Below are positions 61,808 through 64,000 of a DNA stretch of 64,000 nucleotides, in pieces. Position 1 is the stretch's first letter, and every line of letters starts with the position of its first letter. The stretch lies in the NCBI RefSeq assembly GCF_057098645.1, contig NZ_CM169472.1. One strand, given 5' to 3'. The position numbers and the translations under genes are program-made. Under the pieces are notes generated by a model. That model was not told where the DNA came from and searched no databases. It saw only the letters and a program-made list of their open reading frames with translations.

Positions 61808-63329
61808 GGCTTATCACGCGCGGCTGGCGTTCCAGAATACGAGTGTTGCGTGCGGCTTCTTCGCCCAGCCAGGTGGTGTTGGTGCGTGAACCTTCGGCGC
61901 GATATTTTTCTAAATCCGACAAACGCACCATATAACCGGTAACGCGAACCAGATCGTTACCGCTGACATTAGCGGTAAATTCACGCATTCCGGCTTTAAA
62001 GGCACCGAGGCAAAGCTGTACCAGCGCCTGCGGATTACGTTTGATGGTTTCGTCGAGCGTCAGAATGTCGCTGATGCCGGAATAATAATAAGCATGATGC
62101 GGGGCGACAGTTTGCAGATGGGTGATCGGATCTGGCTCATCGCCATACGGCAAACGCGCGCCCGGCGTGGTGCCGATATCGGAACTGATCCCCGACTGTG
62201 CGTGTAACATGGCGCGTTTTTGCCAGCCATATTTCACGGGGGTATTGGCGACAAACTCCGCCAGTTGCGCGCTGATGCGATAACCTACTTCATTTGCGGC
62301 GGCTTCTTTACCGTAGCGCGCGGCAATCCCTTCTTTTTCACACAGCAAGTTAACCGCTTCCGCCAGCCCATACATGCCAAACATTGGCACAAAACGTTCA
62401 GGGTTAATCAGCCCTTCTTTCACCAGGAAGCTATTCTCAAAGAAGTGTGATTGTTGATAGAGGAATTCACACCGCGCATCGATGATGGCGATCTGCTGCT
62501 GGCAGTAGTGCGGTAGAGTGCGCGTAAAGAAGTCATCCAGCGATTCGCTGCGCTCGGCAATGGCTTTCAGGTTAAGGCGTACCAGCGTGCTGCCACCACC
62601 CGCCAGCGGCAGTGAGTTGTAACAGCTCACTATCCCGTAGCCCCCTTTTGTGAAAATTTTATCATGCACCGGACCGTTGGCGACGTGCGGTTTGCTACAT
62701 TCACAGATGTTTTTCGCCACTTCCAGCAGCAGGTCATCAGGGGTGATTTCAGGATCGTAGATAAAGGTCAGGTTCGGTGAAACCTGCTTCAACTCTGCGT
62801 CTGCACGTAAGATTGCACGGGTAATGGGCGAATCAGACGGGCCGATATTGGCGTGCATAAAGGCGTCTGGCAGGGTTCTGTCGAGGTAACGCCAGAAACG
62901 TTTTATTCGAAGATCGATCTCGTCTTGTGTTAGAATTCTAACATGCGGTTGCAACAACACATCCAGTTGCCCCAGGTAGACCGGCATCGATGTGACCGAC
63001 GGTACGTGGTGGTAAAGAATGGTCAGCAGAGAGAGTGCGTCATCAAGATCTTTCGCGCCTTCCAGCTCCAGCCATTCGGAACCGTTCGCCAGAAAACGGG
63101 CGTAATCGGGTAAGACATAGCGCGGTTTGTACGGCGCATGACCTTCAAACATATCGCAGATTACACCTTCATCCAGCGCGCGGCGGGCTTCGGCAGGAAG
63201 CTGTGGGTAAGGCAGATTGTTTTCTGCTTCCAGTGCCAGAAAATGGCGCTTCTGCTCCGGGCTAAGCACTGGGCTGGTGACAATTTGCTGGCAACGTTGT
63301 TGCAGTGCATTTTCATGAGAAGTGGGCAT
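61779..63329 (-). CDS. yjjI: YjjI, glycine-radical-enzyme family protein
   Basis: 516-aa ORF co-transcribed with yjjW; matches the K-12 gene order. Confidence 0.85.
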   Translation of the reverse strand: MPTSHENALQQRCQQIVTSPVLSPEQKRHFLALEAENNLPYPQLPAEARRALDEGVICDMFEGHAPYKPRYVLPDYARFLANGSEWLELEGAKDLDDALSLLTILYHHVPSVTSMPVYLGQLDVLLQPHVRILTQDEIDLRIKRFWRYLDRTLPDAFMHANIGPSDSPITRAILRADAELKQVSPNLTFIYDPEITPDDLLLEVAKNICECSKPHVANGPVHDKIFTKGGYGIVSCYNSLPLAGGGSTLVRLNLKAIAERSESLDDFFTRTLPHYCQQQIAIIDARCEFLYQQSHFFENSFLVKEGLINPERFVPMFGMYGLAEAVNLLCEKEGIAARYGKEAAANEVGYRISAQLAEFVANTPVKYGWQKRAMLHAQSGISSDIGTTPGARLPYGDEPDPITHLQTVAPHHAYYYSGISDILTLDETIKRNPQALVQLCLGAFKAGMREFTANVSGNDLVRVTGYMVRLSDLEKYRAEGSRTNTTWLGEEAARNTRILERQPRVISHEQQMRFSQ

Positions 63330-63586
63330 CTTCTTTTCCTTTTATGCCGAAGGTGATGCGCCATTGTAAGAAGTTTCGTGATGTTCACTTTGATCCTGAT
63401 GCGTTTGCCACCACTGACGCATTCATTTGAAAGTGAATTATTTGAACCAGATCGCATTACAGTGATGCAAACTTGTAAGTAGATTTCCTTAATTGTGATG
63501 TGTATCGAAGTGTGTTGCGGAGTAGATGTTAGAATACTAACAAACTCGCAAGGTGAATTTTATTGGCGACAAGCCAGGAGAATGAA

Positions 63587-64000
63587 ATGATTGATCTGAA
63601 AGCAAGCAGCCTGCGTGCACTGAAATTGATGGACCTGACCACCCTGAATGACGACGACACCGACGAGAAAGTAATTGCTCTGTGTCATCAGGCCAAAACC
63701 CCGGTCGGCAATACCGCCGCTATCTGTATCTATCCTCGCTTTATCCCGATTGCTCGCAAAACACTGAAAGAGCAGGGCACCCCGGAAATCCGTATTGCTA
63801 CGGTAACCAACTTCCCACACGGTAACGACGACATCGAAATCGCGCTGGCAGAAACCCGTGCGGCAATCGCCTACGGTGCTGATGAAGTTGACGTGGTGTT
63901 CCCGTACCGCGCGCTGATGGCGGGTAACGAGCAGGTTGGTTTTGACCTGGTGAAAGCCTGTAAAGAGGCTTGCGCGGCAGCGAATGTACTGCTGAAAGTG
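63587..64000 (+). CDS. deoC: Deoxyribose-phosphate aldolase, N-terminal part; 3' end lies outside the window
   Basis: [52 protein letters not shown]... matches DeoC. Confidence 0.9.
   Translation, partial: MIDLKASSLRALKLMDLTTLNDDDTDEKVIALCHQAKTPVGNTAAICIYPRFIPIARKTLKEQGTPEIRIATVTNFPHGNDDIEIALAETRAAIAYGADEVDVVFPYRALMAGNEQVGFDLVKACKEACAAANVLLKV

Overview
This window is an Escherichia coli K-12-like chromosomal segment (lgoD' - opgB - yjjA - dnaC - dnaT - yjjB - yjjP - yjjQ - bglJ - fhuF - yjjZ - leuVPQ tRNAs - rsmC - holD - rimI - yjjG ... prfC - osmY - ytjA - yjjU - yjjV - yjjW - yjjI - deoC') interrupted by a ~43 kb lambdoid prophage (about 12609..55743) integrated into the 5' end of prfC. 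The native prfC 5' end is left as a fragment at attL and the phage supplies a replacement N-terminus and promoter at attR. The prophage is a mosaic: tyrosine integrase; CPS-53-like early-left genes (YfdQ/YfdR-like); cI/cro/CII-like immunity; an O-like replication initiator with a DnaT-like C-terminus; RusA, KilA-N, DUF968 and a Qin-type Q antiterminator; a phage-21-type lysis cassette (pinholin, SAR endolysin, Rz/Rz1); cos and terminase; a head module with a protease-capsid fusion; and a lambda-like tail module (FII, Z, U, V, G-T, H, M, L, K, I, J) followed by lom, a side tail fiber, tfa and a dinI-like gene. The most interesting cargo is an AT-rich two-gene insertion between int and xis: a small upstream ORF plus a 535-aa P-loop-like NTPase fused to a dCMP/cytidine-deaminase domain, which looks like an AvcID / dCTP-deaminase-type nucleotide-depletion antiphage system. 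Other points worth a second look are a lipoprotein moron bracketed by duplicated tR' terminators, a LexA DNA-binding-domain-only protein, tandem LexA boxes on the dinI-like gene, iteron-like repeats inside the O-like gene, a ~600 nt structured untranslated early-left leader, and an AT-rich scar with a tfa 3' remnant. All identifications come from reading the sequence and the ORF translations and from remembered family signatures; no database search was run.
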